A stretch of 64,000 nt of DNA from assembly GCA_963675755.2 (NCBI GenBank), contig CAXXMD010000003.1, positions 2,688,001-2,752,000 of the forward strand, written 5' to 3'. Both the position numbers and the translations under genes were made by a program. Shown one piece after another: positions 19,767 to 30,778 of the stretch (positions are counted from its first letter, which is position 1; the number at the start of each line of letters is the position of its first letter). This stretch comes from a bacterium (GTDB lineage: Bacteria > Zhuqueibacterota > Zhuqueibacteria > Residuimicrobiales > Krinioviventaceae). The notes below the pieces were generated by a model that saw only the letters and a program-made list of their open reading frames with translations, had not been told where the DNA came from and ran no database searches.

Positions 19767-20842
19767 TCTAACGGCAATCCATGTGTTAAAGTCAGGTGCG
19801 GTGCAGAGTGTCTGGCCGTTAGGGGACGATTCTCTTTTAATAATTTTATGACTGTCTCATTTTGCCAATGCCGGTTCAGGATTTCAAAATAGCTGTAATA
19901 GTTGTATCCGCTAATGAGCGAGGGATCGCCATCCCAATATGGAAAAGAAGCAGGATTTGCAGACCATTCTGCAAGGGGACCAGTATACGCAAGCTTTAAT
20001 GACCTGTTGTTGGGGGACACATATTCATACAGATCATATCCGTTGTTGTACAGAATTTCAGCTGCCAATGTCTGCGGCATGAGAGAAAAATGGGAATACC
20101 AGACACCCGAACGCCCATTGTTTCGATGGATTTCATGCGGTAGTACACCGTCTTCGTCAATCTGGCTTTCTATAAAATATTTCCAGCGGTTGGCACATGT
20201 GAGCAGCTTTTCAGTGTCTTCCAGGTATGCTGCGCAGGATGCTGCCAGTACAATACCCCAGTTTCCCCAGTTGTTTTTGCGGTGCATGGTGTTCATGTCA
20301 TAGGCGTTATCCCGCAGAAAGATGCTGAACACTTTTTGTTGTGATTCAGGCCATACTCTGGTATTTCTCAATAAATCCGCGGCAAAAACCATCGGAGGAA
20401 AATGATAGCTGAACGAGAGTAACGAATCATCAGCACGGCTCATGCTGTCTACCTGTGAAGCCCAGGCGTTTATAATGCGCATTGCCGATTCTGCGTATTT
20501 TTTATCCCCGGTTATGCGGTAACAAAGAGCAAAGGTATAGCTGAGATTGGCATCGTTTTGCAGTCCTTCTTTTGCAGTGCGGTGTCCTTCTGCGTCACGG
20601 TAATATCCCGGTACATACCAGATGGATGGGGGTGAAGGAGTATGGTTAATGTTGGCATCGGCTTCTTTTTCAAGTGCCAGAAACGCGCTGTACTGCGGCT
20701 CTGATTTATCATCAACAGCAGTTTTCAATGCTTTTATACGGGCATCTGAAATGAAAACCGGATTATAGTTTGGCTTATTTATTGTACAAGAGAGTAGCAA
20801 AATAAAAGCGAGAAATGAAATGATACATTTTATGGGCTTCAT
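19763..20842 (-). CDS. alginate lyase family lipoprotein ((alpha/alpha)n toroid, PF05426-like)
   Basis: Lipobox LLSC. ALCYRITGDKKYAESA...INAWA, NNWGNW (NNH/W motif), GVLPHEIHR, WYSHFSL. Confidence 0.75.
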   Translation of the reverse strand: MKPIKCIISFLAFILLLSCTINKPNYNPVFISDARIKALKTAVDDKSEPQYSAFLALEKEADANINHTPSPPSIWYVPGYYRDAEGHRTAKEGLQNDANLSYTFALCYRITGDKKYAESAMRIINAWASQVDSMSRADDSLLSFSYHFPPMVFAADLLRNTRVWPESQQKVFSIFLRDNAYDMNTMHRKNNWGNWGIVLAASCAAYLEDTEKLLTCANRWKYFIESQIDEDGVLPHEIHRNNGRSGVWYSHFSLMPQTLAAEILYNNGYDLYEYVSPNNRSLKLAYTGPLAEWSANPASFPYWDGDPSLISGYNYYSYFEILNRHWQNETVIKLLKENRPLTARHSAPHLTLTHGLPLD

Positions 20843-21074
20843 GTTTTTCCTTTGTTAATGTATAACAAGTTAGAAAATTTTGAAAAATTTCCAAGTTTGA
20901 AAATAAATGTAAACACATTTAGGCTAAAATTCGTTATATTAGTAACACCCCCGTAACCAAATAAACATAAAAAATATCTGCTAACGTCATGGAAATATGA
21001 ATTGTAGATCAGTTCATTAAATGACCATGTTGGGGATTAGCATGTAGCGACTATTTTTGAGGGAGAAAAGAGAA

Positions 21075-22460
21075 ATGCGTATTAAAAAGATCATGTTGTG
21101 CCTGTTTTTGTTTGCTGTCGGAATGTACGCGCAAGAGTCTGTGGGATTCAAAGATCCGAATGATATAAAACCTCTGCTGGACTATCGCCTGCCCGATTGG
21201 GGGTACAATGTCTTTCGACTTTCTTTGGATTTGAATGGCTCTGATAATTCATCTAAGCAAAGGGGTTATGAACGAAACGCAAATAATAATTCTTTAAACC
21301 TGGTTCCTAGAGTTAAAATATATAGAGAAAGTGAAAAACAAATTTTGACATTAAATGGATCAGTAGGTATATCTCGAAAGACAGAAAGTAATACAAGCAT
21401 TTCAATACTACCAGATAGTATATATTCAAAAAGTAATTATAAACAATATTCAGTTGCATATAATTTTGTGGTTAACTGGAATTATTATTTAAAAGGGCGG
21501 CATTTTCTAGATCTGAAATTGAATGTTAATCAAAAATATGAAGAAGTAAAAGGAAAGAGTTTATATCAATACCGCTCTGTTGGTCAAAGTCGTTCCAGTA
21601 AAACAGTTCAGCAGCGTGTTGAAACATACTCTTTATTGGGTTATGGTTTTGGACGCGTGCGGGATGTGACGCATACTATACGGGCAATGCGTTTTCGGGA
21701 AAGAGCCCGGGTTGTCGGAATTGATGCGCTTGATGATCCTAAAGCCGTTTATAAAATAGCGGAATTGTTAAGCAAATATAGCAGCTATAGAACCGTCTAT
21801 GACAGGTCTCAAAAATATTTTTGGCGGGATTATTACGAGTTATTTTCAGATCTGGAATTTGATGCTTATAAACATTATTACATTGCCGATGCCCTTTCAG
21901 AAAATATTGGGTCCCGATTCGAAGGATGGAAAGTAAGCTTTGGATTAAGTCATATAACGTATTTTAATCAAAGTATGAGCACATCAATTGAAAAATCAAA
22001 AAATAAAAGATATGGTGCTTATTTAAATTTTCAATATTATAAAAATTACAGCCTGAGAAACCAGTTCAGTACAAAAATCTCGGGTAATTATGAGGATTTA
22101 TCTGTTGAAGAATTTGTTTGGTTTAATCCCAAATCAAACTTTAGCTGCGAAATTAGGAATCTTACAGTTCTTACTGATCGGATTACCTGGTTAAATATAT
22201 TTTCTGCAAAAATGAATTATTTCAAATATAATCCAGAGGAGGAGGATATTACTGATCTGGAATCAAAATATTATTTGGACCAAAAATCGTTTGATTTAAG
22301 TACAATTTTCAGGTATTATATAGAAGATAATGTCGTTTTGACAGCAAATATGCAATATCTTTTGTCGCGTCCTGAATTTATCAATCCAAGATTTAATAGG
22401 CAGAACAGCTTTACATATAATATTGGCATTGATTATTATTTCGACAAGAGTTTATTTTAA
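21075..22460 (+). CDS. hypothetical outer-membrane beta-barrel protein
   Basis: Signal peptide from ATG 21075. Tyr/Asn/Ser-rich amphipathic strands, ending FTYNIGIDYYFDKSLF. Confidence 0.6.
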   Translation: MRIKKIMLCLFLFAVGMYAQESVGFKDPNDIKPLLDYRLPDWGYNVFRLSLDLNGSDNSSKQRGYERNANNNSLNLVPRVKIYRESEKQILTLNGSVGISRKTESNTSISILPDSIYSKSNYKQYSVAYNFVVNWNYYLKGRHFLDLKLNVNQKYEEVKGKSLYQYRSVGQSRSSKTVQQRVETYSLLGYGFGRVRDVTHTIRAMRFRERARVVGIDALDDPKAVYKIAELLSKYSSYRTVYDRSQKYFWRDYYELFSDLEFDAYKHYYIADALSENIGSRFEGWKVSFGLSHITYFNQSMSTSIEKSKNKRYGAYLNFQYYKNYSLRNQFSTKISGNYEDLSVEEFVWFNPKSNFSCEIRNLTVLTDRITWLNIFSAKMNYFKYNPEEEDITDLESKYYLDQKSFDLSTIFRYYIEDNVVLTANMQYLLSRPEFINPRFNRQNSFTYNIGIDYYFDKSLF

Positions 22461-22468
22461 AATGGCTT

Positions 22469-24574
22469 TCAGTTCTGATCAATTTTAAAGCGTATTTTAA
22501 ACGTTGCTCCATCTTGGTTCTTTACAGTCATTTTTCCGTCAAGCTGTTGAGATAGCATGTGCATTAATTGTAGTCCAAGAGTATTGCTGTTTTCAATGTT
22601 GAAATTTTCAGGCAGTCCTCTGCCATTGTCCTGAACAATCAATTCATAAGTCGAGTTACTATCGGATTGAAAAGAGATGTTGACCTTGCCATTGTTCGAG
22701 TTTGGAAACGCGTGTTTATAAATGTTTGTAAGCAATTCGTTTAATACCAGTCCACAGGGAATTGCGTTGTTGACATCAAGCTGAACGTCTTTGACATCCA
22801 TATTTAATTCAATGTTTTTTTCAGGTGCAAGGGTATGTTTAAGGTCAATAGCAAGGGTTTCTATATATTTTTTCATATCCACTTTTGAAAAGTCATCAGA
22901 TCTGTAAAGATGTTCATGGACAAGTGCCATTGAAATAATACGGTTTCGGCTTTCGTTAAAGGCTTCAAATGCCTGTTCTTTATCTGTGATGGTGCGCGCT
23001 TGTAGGCTGAGCAAACTGGTAATGACTGTGAGATTGTTTTTAACCCGATGGTGTACCTCTTTTAATAATACTTCTTTGACTTTGAGGTCCTGTTGTATTT
23101 GTTCTTCAGCCAGTTTGTGTTCTGTAATATCCTGATGTGTACCGGAACGTTCAATTTCTATACCATTTTCATCATATGTGCTGACCCAGTGATCATGAAT
23201 GTAACAGATTTTACCATCCGGACGCTTAATTCGAAATTCCAATAGTGTTTCAGGATTCCCTTTTTGTGCATCATTCCTTGCTTTGGTTAACAGGTGTAAA
23301 TCATCCGGGTGGATTAATGTTAAAATAAAATCAGATGTAATGGTATGCCCTGGTTCTACTCCCCAAATCAGATAGCTTTCATCTGACCAGTACAGTGTTT
23401 TAGCCACAAGATCTTCATAGAAATTACCGATTTTTGCCATGTGCTGTGCTTCTAGTAATTCATTCTGCTTTTGCAATATTATTGCTTCTGTTTTTTTCCT
23501 TTCAGAGATATCATGATAGTTCATCAAGACCCCTTTAATATTGGGATCATTTATACGATTAACGGCAGTGGATTTGACCCATTTATATTCACCGTTTTTG
23601 CATTTATATTTTACTTCCATGGTTTTAAAGACATTTTCAACCTTGATCAGTTCGTTGAAAATATTGTTAGCATATTCAAGAGAATCCGGGTGCAAAAGCT
23701 CCCAGGTGCTGCGACCAATCAGTTCTTTGGGTTTCCAGCCAAACCATTTTTCTATATTATTGCTTTTGTATCTAATAATACCATCCTTGTCAATAATTGC
23801 AATTACATCTGAAATGTTTTCAAGCATGGCTTTTTGTTTAGCTTCGTTGGTTTCCAATTCTTGTTGAGCAAGATCTCGTTCCCGGGATTTTTTTTGGATC
23901 TGGCCCATCATGTTATTAAAACCATGATACAATTGTGCAATTTCGTCAGCGCCATTGTATTCCACACGTTTCGAGTAATCCTGGGTGCTTGAAATATTGT
24001 TGATTACTTGGGCAAGATCCAGGATGGGCTGGGACAGTGTTCTTTGAAAACGATTTGCCAGGAAAAATGAGACAATTAGCATGGTAAGAAAAACAAGAAC
24101 CATTGTTAATTTGTAATCAGATAATTGGTCCTCCATTTTTAATACGGAAGCTTTAACAAAAATATATCCATAAAGTTTATTATTATAATTTATGGGTTGT
24201 ATGATATACAAATAATCACCTTCATAAGTACCGTTTATCTCCAGGTTGGGTCTTGGCAGACTGTCTTGAGTTGAAGACCTGCTAACCATTGCAAAGATTG
24301 CATCATTACTGTCGTACAACCAGCATTCATTAACCTGTTCAATAGTGAATATTTTGGTTAAAAGCTTATGGGCTCCATTTTGATCATAAAAAGAAAGGGG
24401 AGATACACAAATTTCTCCAACAAGTTTTGTTCCGGTCAAAACTTCATTGGCAAGATTTGTTTTTTCTTCATTGATTTCATAAGTAAGTATAGCTATCAAT
24501 CCCGATGTAACCACAAGTAATACTGTTACAAAAACGATGAGGATTAATTTATATTTTATGGATATGTTTTTCAT
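22469..24574 (-). CDS. membrane sensor histidine kinase (periplasmic sensor-HAMP-PAS-PAS-HisKA_2-HATPase)
   Basis: Two TM helices, HAMP (DEIAQLYHGFNNM), two PAS domains (LLHPD, LIHPDD), H-box EVHHRVKNNL, NELLTNIYKHAF, DNGRG, TLGLQL. Confidence 0.92.
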   Translation of the reverse strand: MKNISIKYKLILIVFVTVLLVVTSGLIAILTYEINEEKTNLANEVLTGTKLVGEICVSPLSFYDQNGAHKLLTKIFTIEQVNECWLYDSNDAIFAMVSRSSTQDSLPRPNLEINGTYEGDYLYIIQPINYNNKLYGYIFVKASVLKMEDQLSDYKLTMVLVFLTMLIVSFFLANRFQRTLSQPILDLAQVINNISSTQDYSKRVEYNGADEIAQLYHGFNNMMGQIQKKSRERDLAQQELETNEAKQKAMLENISDVIAIIDKDGIIRYKSNNIEKWFGWKPKELIGRSTWELLHPDSLEYANNIFNELIKVENVFKTMEVKYKCKNGEYKWVKSTAVNRINDPNIKGVLMNYHDISERKKTEAIILQKQNELLEAQHMAKIGNFYEDLVAKTLYWSDESYLIWGVEPGHTITSDFILTLIHPDDLHLLTKARNDAQKGNPETLLEFRIKRPDGKICYIHDHWVSTYDENGIEIERSGTHQDITEHKLAEEQIQQDLKVKEVLLKEVHHRVKNNLTVITSLLSLQARTITDKEQAFEAFNESRNRIISMALVHEHLYRSDDFSKVDMKKYIETLAIDLKHTLAPEKNIELNMDVKDVQLDVNNAIPCGLVLNELLTNIYKHAFPNSNNGKVNISFQSDSNSTYELIVQDNGRGLPENFNIENSNTLGLQLMHMLSQQLDGKMTVKNQDGATFKIRFKIDQN

Positions 24575-24585
24575 GTTCTATATTC

Positions 24586-25155
24586 TTATTCATTAATAAC
24601 CGTGCCAGCTGCCTGCAGTAAAAGATAGCTTATTGACAAGTTAGATTGTTTTACTGTTGAATTATTGATTGAAAAGCGTATTGAACCATTGGTTATAAAA
24701 AAGTTAATGTGAACTCCTTTTTCAATACATGTTTTGCAATCACTTATTGTTAATATGGGTTTATTTTTGGTGAAATTTAAAATGTTTACTAAATCCTGAT
24801 CTGTTTTTGGAGATACAAGAAGAATATGGGTGGTTTGTAAATCCGTATGCGATTTAAAATACTTGAACGATATTTTTTTGTCTTTAATTTTGACTTTTTG
24901 TTCTGTATATAACTGTTCAATGTTTGAATTTAATTGATTTTTCCCAATAATGCCAATTGTAAATTCCTGGTTGGTTTTTGTTGAATCCTGTGGCCATTCA
25001 ATAAAATGAGTAAATCGTTCTACAAAGGCAGCTTTAACAATATAGCTTTGTGTCTGTCCAAATGCAATGGATGATGACATGAAACAAACCACTAGTAAAT
25101 AGAGAAAGATACTTTTTATTTTTTTAAAAATATAATGTAACTTTATGATAAACAT
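24586..25155 (-). CDS. YfiR/HmsC (DUF4154) family periplasmic protein
   Basis: VKAAFVERFTHFIEWP, PILTISD, GVHINF...IRFSIN...LSISYLLL. Confidence 0.85.
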   Translation of the reverse strand: MFIIKLHYIFKKIKSIFLYLLVVCFMSSSIAFGQTQSYIVKAAFVERFTHFIEWPQDSTKTNQEFTIGIIGKNQLNSNIEQLYTEQKVKIKDKKISFKYFKSHTDLQTTHILLVSPKTDQDLVNILNFTKNKPILTISDCKTCIEKGVHINFFITNGSIRFSINNSTVKQSNLSISYLLLQAAGTVINE

Positions 25156-25171
25156 TCATAATACCATTTTA

Positions 25172-27325
25172 TTAAAATTTTCTACCCAATGTTAACATGA
25201 ATTCTCGTCCGTAACCCAATGTACCCTTGTCAGCCCATCGATTGTTTGTAAATGTGGGATATCTGATTTCAGAATCAAGCAGGTTGTATATATTCAAGTT
25301 AATAAAATAGCCTTTATTAAACAGGTTATTGTATCTAAAATTAATACTGGCTTGAAAATAACCGTCAGTTTTTTGTCCAATCCTTCCAATTGAAGTTTGA
25401 CCGGGTGTGTGCATGTCAGGCTCTGTATCCCAATATGGTTCCATACTGCTCACATATTGGCCCAAAATAGAGGCTGTCATTTGGTTGTTGATTCTATATC
25501 TTGCTTTCAAGTATCCCAGCTTTTGAGGAGAGTAGGCAACTTTGATGTCTTTAAATTCTGGCCTCTCGTCACTTGTGTTTTGTACTGAACCACTGGTTTG
25601 AATATATAAATTGTTCAGGGGAGTAAAAGTAATCCCCAGTTCTATGCCATTGGTTACAAACCGGCCTGCATTAGACGAAAAGGATTTGTAATAATTTTGG
25701 GTATCATCGATTTCAGTTACCCGGGTGATAAGGTTATCCAGTTTATTATGGAAAAAGCTAAAACTGGTTGTCAGGTTTGTATGCAGGACAGATTGATAAT
25801 TGAATTCCAGTGTTTCAATTTTTTCGGGTTGCAATACATCACTGTCCGAGCGTATCTGCAAATAATCCTGAAAAAAGGAGGGGCGGTTGATCGCCTTGCC
25901 GAATAAGAGTTTCATGATATGTTTGTTATTTATATTATAGATTGCGGCAATGCGAGGGATTTTCTCAATGGTATCTCGATCAATAATACTTGATATTTGT
26001 TTATGCATATTTGTTTTGTTATTAAAATCTGCCAATATCTCGTATTTTAGACTTTTCTCAAGTCGCAAACCTGCTACAAACATGAGACGGGATGTAGGTT
26101 TATATTCTATTTGTGAAAATGCAGCCAGCAAAGTTATCTCTTCATCTTGAGGGATTGTAGCCAATGTACGTTCAAAAGTTGGCATGTTGAATGAGGGTAT
26201 ATCATACAAATTGTAAGCGTCCAGAATACTTTTTAGTAAAGTGCCAAAAGTAATATTAATTTTATTATTCGGTTTGTAAAACATGTCTATTGTAAAATCC
26301 CACGCATTACTTTCCAACTGTTGCAATCCATAAAAATTGTCATCAATAAAACTATATTTAAACCAGGCTCTGTCTTTAAAATATGACAATTTTAAATCAA
26401 TATTTAATTTTTCAGTTAAATGTTTTTTATAACCCGTTGTTATATTGTAATCAATATATGTATTTGAATTTCCCTCCCCATAAGCCGGAATATTATATTG
26501 CATACCTTGCTCTGTTTCAACTAGAACAAAATTGTAATATATATTTTTGGTTGTACCGTTAATATCCAGATATTTATTCTTCATCTGCAATTTACCACCG
26601 GTCGTATATTCGGATGTTATTCCCCAATTTCGTAGTGATTTTACATTGGATACAAGCTGGTCAATGGGTTGATCGATTCCATCTGTGTGAAAACTTGCCG
26701 CATTGATTGAAAGAGAGCTGGTTTCTGTTTTATTATTAACGCTAGCAAAAAATTTATGGGTGTTTGAGGTTCCTATACTGGTTGATGAATAAAAATGTGG
26801 ATCTGTTTCTTCATTTGTGATTATGTTAATTGCGCCAAAAAACGCACCACTGCCATAAATAACAGACATGGGTCCACGAACAACTTCAATTCTGTCAATT
26901 GCTTCAACCGGAACCGGAATTTCAGGTAAGGGGTGATTTGATGCAACATTTTTAGTTTGAGGGATGTTGTTCACGAGTATAATCAAATTGTCGTTAGCAA
27001 CACCAGACCAAAATCCGCGAACTCCAAATTTAACGCCATCGTAAGAATAATCATTTATCATATAGAGGCCGGTAATGTTTTGTAAAATATCACTCAGGCT
27101 TGAATATCCAAAAGATTCAATTTCCTGACGAGTCAAAATGACAGTGCTTGCAGGGATTTCACTTATGGCCTGGGGGGTTTTTCCTGCGGTTGTAACTTTG
27201 ACAGACAACAACTCTTCAAGTGACATGTTGAATATTTGATCTATTTGCTGCGAGTTTGAATCTGAAGCGAATAGTAATTCTGCAAATATAAATATGAATA
27301 TTATAGATATTTTAATAGGATACAT
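25172..27325 (-). CDS. TonB-dependent outer-membrane receptor
   Basis: MSLEELLSVKVTTAGK, plug IDRIEVVRGPMSVIYGSGAFFGAINIIT, LQPEKIETLE, NIYNLLD, ending GREFMLTLGRKF. Confidence 0.93.
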   Translation of the reverse strand: MYPIKISIIFIFIFAELLFASDSNSQQIDQIFNMSLEELLSVKVTTAGKTPQAISEIPASTVILTRQEIESFGYSSLSDILQNITGLYMINDYSYDGVKFGVRGFWSGVANDNLIILVNNIPQTKNVASNHPLPEIPVPVEAIDRIEVVRGPMSVIYGSGAFFGAINIITNEETDPHFYSSTSIGTSNTHKFFASVNNKTETSSLSINAASFHTDGIDQPIDQLVSNVKSLRNWGITSEYTTGGKLQMKNKYLDINGTTKNIYYNFVLVETEQGMQYNIPAYGEGNSNTYIDYNITTGYKKHLTEKLNIDLKLSYFKDRAWFKYSFIDDNFYGLQQLESNAWDFTIDMFYKPNNKINITFGTLLKSILDAYNLYDIPSFNMPTFERTLATIPQDEEITLLAAFSQIEYKPTSRLMFVAGLRLEKSLKYEILADFNNKTNMHKQISSIIDRDTIEKIPRIAAIYNINNKHIMKLLFGKAINRPSFFQDYLQIRSDSDVLQPEKIETLEFNYQSVLHTNLTTSFSFFHNKLDNLITRVTEIDDTQNYYKSFSSNAGRFVTNGIELGITFTPLNNLYIQTSGSVQNTSDERPEFKDIKVAYSPQKLGYLKARYRINNQMTASILGQYVSSMEPYWDTEPDMHTPGQTSIGRIGQKTDGYFQASINFRYNNLFNKGYFINLNIYNLLDSEIRYPTFTNNRWADKGTLGYGREFMLTLGRKF

Positions 27326-27570
27326 GTGTGCCTCTACTACAATACTGCTGTACAGATTAATTTTAAAAATATAACAATTAATATGCCATTCTTTAAGATT
27401 CTGACTGAATATTGTGTGTGAGATTGTAAAATTTTGTCTATAAGAAATAGTAAAATAACTTGATTTAAATTCCTCTTGTTGTAAAAGGTCATTTTAATTA
27501 TATTTAATGATAACCAGGGGCATTGACGTTATGAATGGTCCGGATACATAATAATTTATTGGGGATGTAA

Positions 27571-30500
27571 ATGAATTATTTTTCTAGAATCGTAATTTTT
27601 CTTTTTGTGGTAACCAGTGCTGCAAGTGCTTTACCCCTGCGATATGGATTTGTGCTGTCAGGTGAGGCAACTGTTTATGCGGATTCGAGTTTAGGTGCGG
27701 AGGTGCTTGAAACACTGCAAATGACAGCCTATCGATATGTTGCAGGTGAAGCGGTTGGTGAGGAATATAATTTTAATTTCAACGGTTGGGCCAAAATCTT
27801 AACCGCAGACAGTACCTGGGGGTGGATTGACTATCAAAATTTATTAATTTCCAGTATGTTGACTTGTTTTGCGGATAAAGATGAACCCCTTTTTCAGGAA
27901 ATCGATCCGAATGGGGAACCTGTTGCTTATCTGAGATCTGACGAACAGCTTCAGATTTTTGATATAGAGTTTGTTGATAATGTGTATTGGTTCAAGGTGA
28001 AATATCGTCAACATAATTACTGGTATAAACCCAAAGAGAATTTACTGGATTTTAATTTGTGGGGCGCTTTATATGCTGCCAGTGAATATATGCTATATGG
28101 AACAAGTTCCTCTGCATGCGACGCATTTATTGAATACCCCGGAATCCGAAATTGGTATCCACATGCAGAAGCTTTTTTGCTGAAATTAAAGTCTATAATT
28201 GATCCTTATGCCGGAATGTATCTATTGCCTATTTACGATGAGTATTTTGATGATTGGCGTGAATATGGCGCTGGTGCTTTTGTAAACCGGGAGCTGGCCC
28301 ATTTTTATGAAACTGTTGAAAACTGGAATGCAGCTATTCAGGTTATGGAAGAAATAGTTGTTAAATATCCCAATCAACAGATACATTTTTATAAAGCAGG
28401 CCCCAGTGTAAGCCTGGATATTGCCCGTATTTACAGATACAAGTTGGGAGATGAAGAAAGGGCAATTGAAAAATATCACTTTGTTATTCAAGAATATCAA
28501 AAGCAGATTATGATCGGATGGGAAAGCGAAGGTTATGCTGATGAATCTGCCGCGGAGATGTTATACTCGATGATTGAATCCAAAACCCCGGAAATTATTT
28601 CAGAGCACGCAAACCGGATGTCAAAGGAAACCCATAACCCGACTGTGAAATTAATAGCAAATAAAGCCAGCGTGTTGGTTAAAATTAAACAAGGTGATAT
28701 TCGTTCAGTAGGTAACTATGTATATGCCGTATTAGAAAGATATCCCAATGAAACAGTTTCTGCCGGAATCAAAGTTCACCGTAACATTTCTGCTGAGATT
28801 CTTGAAATGATGTTTGATTTTTATTACAAGAATCAAGAGTTCGAGATGTGTATTGAATGGACGGATAAAATCCTTGCAGATGTCCCGTCAATATACGCTT
28901 TACACGCCTTTTGTTTGTTTAAAAAAGCAGAGCTTTATGATAATATACATCAGGATAAAGCGTATGCAAGGCATTTTTATGAATCCGCTATCAAAAGTGA
29001 GAAACACTATAACTTTTATTGCAAAGAATCCGGAATTGATTTTAGTGTGTATCATGCTGAAAAACGTTACAGTGTGTTAAACGAGTCTGTATCTGTTGAT
29101 GCAACAGTTTTGTTGGACAGTACCTGGGTTTATAAAATGCGATATGATACAACATCAATCATTAGTGTGTTAAATAAAGATGATCATGTTATCAGACTGT
29201 GTACTGATAATAATATGATAGATTATAATGAAAAGTATTATGTAAAGACACCCCGATTTGCCAAAGTTTTACTTTCGGATTCTACAATCGGCTGGGTGCA
29301 CTCTCGTAATCTGTTTGTAGAATCCCCTGCTACGGGTATAGCTGACAGCAATTCGAAAACCTGGAGTATGCCATATGGAGATTCGCAGAACAATCTATAT
29401 TTCAAGGGACCGGATATTTATAATCCCGCGATATCCGGTGGTGTTTTTGATCAATCGTTTTCCAGTATTCGATTTTCTGATGTAAATCAAGACGGGGTAT
29501 TGGATTATGTACTGGATGGATTTTTGGATAATAGTATTACAACAATAAACGGGAAAAATCATCTTGAAATTGCAAGAATTGGATCTTCATTGCGTGATTG
29601 TTATCCTATCTTTGTAGATAATAAAATTATATTCAAAGATTATGATTATACATATGGGGTTAAACAATTTAAAATAAAATGTTTCGAGTATGGAAATAAA
29701 GCTAGAAAACAATTGTGGGAATTGGATACTGTTGAGGAATCTTTTCCAGTGGTTCATAACAACCACCTATACTATTTTACGTTGGACAGTTTGGTTGCCT
29801 GTGTTGATGTTGCAGACGGCAACCGTGTTTGGAAATCCAAAGGTGCTAACGCAACACCTTTGGCAATCGGTTTGAATAACAAAGCTGTGGTTTTTACCCA
29901 AAAAGGAGCGGTAACGGCGCTTGATCCCAAAACCGGTGAGGAAATCTGGAGTAAGAGTACAAGTAAAGACCTGGATGAGCCAATTCCTGTTTTGGATGAG
30001 AATCATGTGTACACCATGCTGGACAGAAAATATTTAGCCGCAATAAATTTAGAAAGCGGTGAAATTCTTTGGTCAGTTACGCATGTTTATTATTACTCTT
30101 ATCTAAATGATCCATTGCAGCCTATCGTTACTCCGGATTATATTTTATTTTCAGATTCCAATAAACAAATCGTAGTTTTGGACAAGTATACCGGAAAGCT
30201 CTTGTATAGAAAATCTTTTGACCGTTTTATTGATTCGTATTGTATTGGTGGAAACACAATCTATGTACAGTTAACGTACGATAATTACCCCATTAATATA
30301 GACAATAATATTTACGCCTTTAATCTGACTACTGGTAAAGAACAATGGCGCAGATATTTCAGCAATGACGCGCATATTGTTTATCAGGCGGGCAAGCTTT
30401 TTATCTCAGGAGAAAGTGGTGTTGTGATTGTTGAAGATGGTGAAACGCTGGACGCTCCCGCGGATAAAGGTTTTACATTGCACCCCAATTATCCCAATCC

Positions 30501-30744
30501 CTTCAATTTGCGCACGGTCATACAATATGTGCTGTACAATGACAGCCAGGTTAACGTGGATGTGTTTAATGTACTGGGGCAAAAAGTAGCTTCGATAGTT
30601 GATGAAAAACAGCTCAAAGGGGTGTATCATGCTTCCTGGAACGGGCGTACTGAGACAGGCCAGCCGGTAAGCAGCGGTGTATACCTGTGCCGGATAAACG
30701 TCGGGGGAGAGGTTGAAACCCGAACCATGATGTTGTTAAAATAA
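27571..30744 (+). CDS. secreted multidomain protein: SH3-like, TPR-like, SH3-like, PQQ-type beta-propeller and C-terminal sorting (FlgD-Ig/T9SS-type) domain
   Basis: Signal peptide. GWIDYQNL and GWVHSRNL SH3b-like ends, TPR-like helices, propeller blades (ALDPKTGEEIWS, AINLESGEILWS, AFNLTTGKEQWR), then NYPNPFN...WNGRTETGQPVSSGVYLCR. Confidence 0.8.
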   Translation: MNYFSRIVIFLFVVTSAASALPLRYGFVLSGEATVYADSSLGAEVLETLQMTAYRYVAGEAVGEEYNFNFNGWAKILTADSTWGWIDYQNLLISSMLTCFADKDEPLFQEIDPNGEPVAYLRSDEQLQIFDIEFVDNVYWFKVKYRQHNYWYKPKENLLDFNLWGALYAASEYMLYGTSSSACDAFIEYPGIRNWYPHAEAFLLKLKSIIDPYAGMYLLPIYDEYFDDWREYGAGAFVNRELAHFYETVENWNAAIQVMEEIVVKYPNQQIHFYKAGPSVSLDIARIYRYKLGDEERAIEKYHFVIQEYQKQIMIGWESEGYADESAAEMLYSMIESKTPEIISEHANRMSKETHNPTVKLIANKASVLVKIKQGDIRSVGNYVYAVLERYPNETVSAGIKVHRNISAEILEMMFDFYYKNQEFEMCIEWTDKILADVPSIYALHAFCLFKKAELYDNIHQDKAYARHFYESAIKSEKHYNFYCKESGIDFSVYHAEKRYSVLNESVSVDATVLLDSTWVYKMRYDTTSIISVLNKDDHVIRLCTDNNMIDYNEKYYVKTPRFAKVLLSDSTIGWVHSRNLFVESPATGIADSNSKTWSMPYGDSQNNLYFKGPDIYNPAISGGVFDQSFSSIRFSDVNQDGVLDYVLDGFLDNSITTINGKNHLEIARIGSSLRDCYPIFVDNKIIFKDYDYTYGVKQFKIKCFEYGNKARKQLWELDTVEESFPVVHNNHLYYFTLDSLVACVDVADGNRVWKSKGANATPLAIGLNNKAVVFTQKGAVTALDPKTGEEIWSKSTSKDLDEPIPVLDENHVYTMLDRKYLAAINLESGEILWSVTHVYYYSYLNDPLQPIVTPDYILFSDSNKQIVVLDKYTGKLLYRKSFDRFIDSYCIGGNTIYVQLTYDNYPINIDNNIYAFNLTTGKEQWRRYFSNDAHIVYQAGKLFISGESGVVIVEDGETLDAPADKGFTLHPNYPNPFNLRTVIQYVLYNDSQVNVDVFNVLGQKVASIVDEKQLKGVYHASWNGRTETGQPVSSGVYLCRINVGGEVETRTMMLLK
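30491..30743 (+). repeat. direct repeat of C-terminal-domain coding DNA, copy 1
   Basis: Aligns without gaps at offset 1990 with 32481-32733. The last 110 bp (30634-30743 vs 32624-32733) differ at one base. Confidence 0.9.
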
Positions 30745-30778
30745 AACGCGTAATTGCAAAGGATGGGTAAAGGATTTT

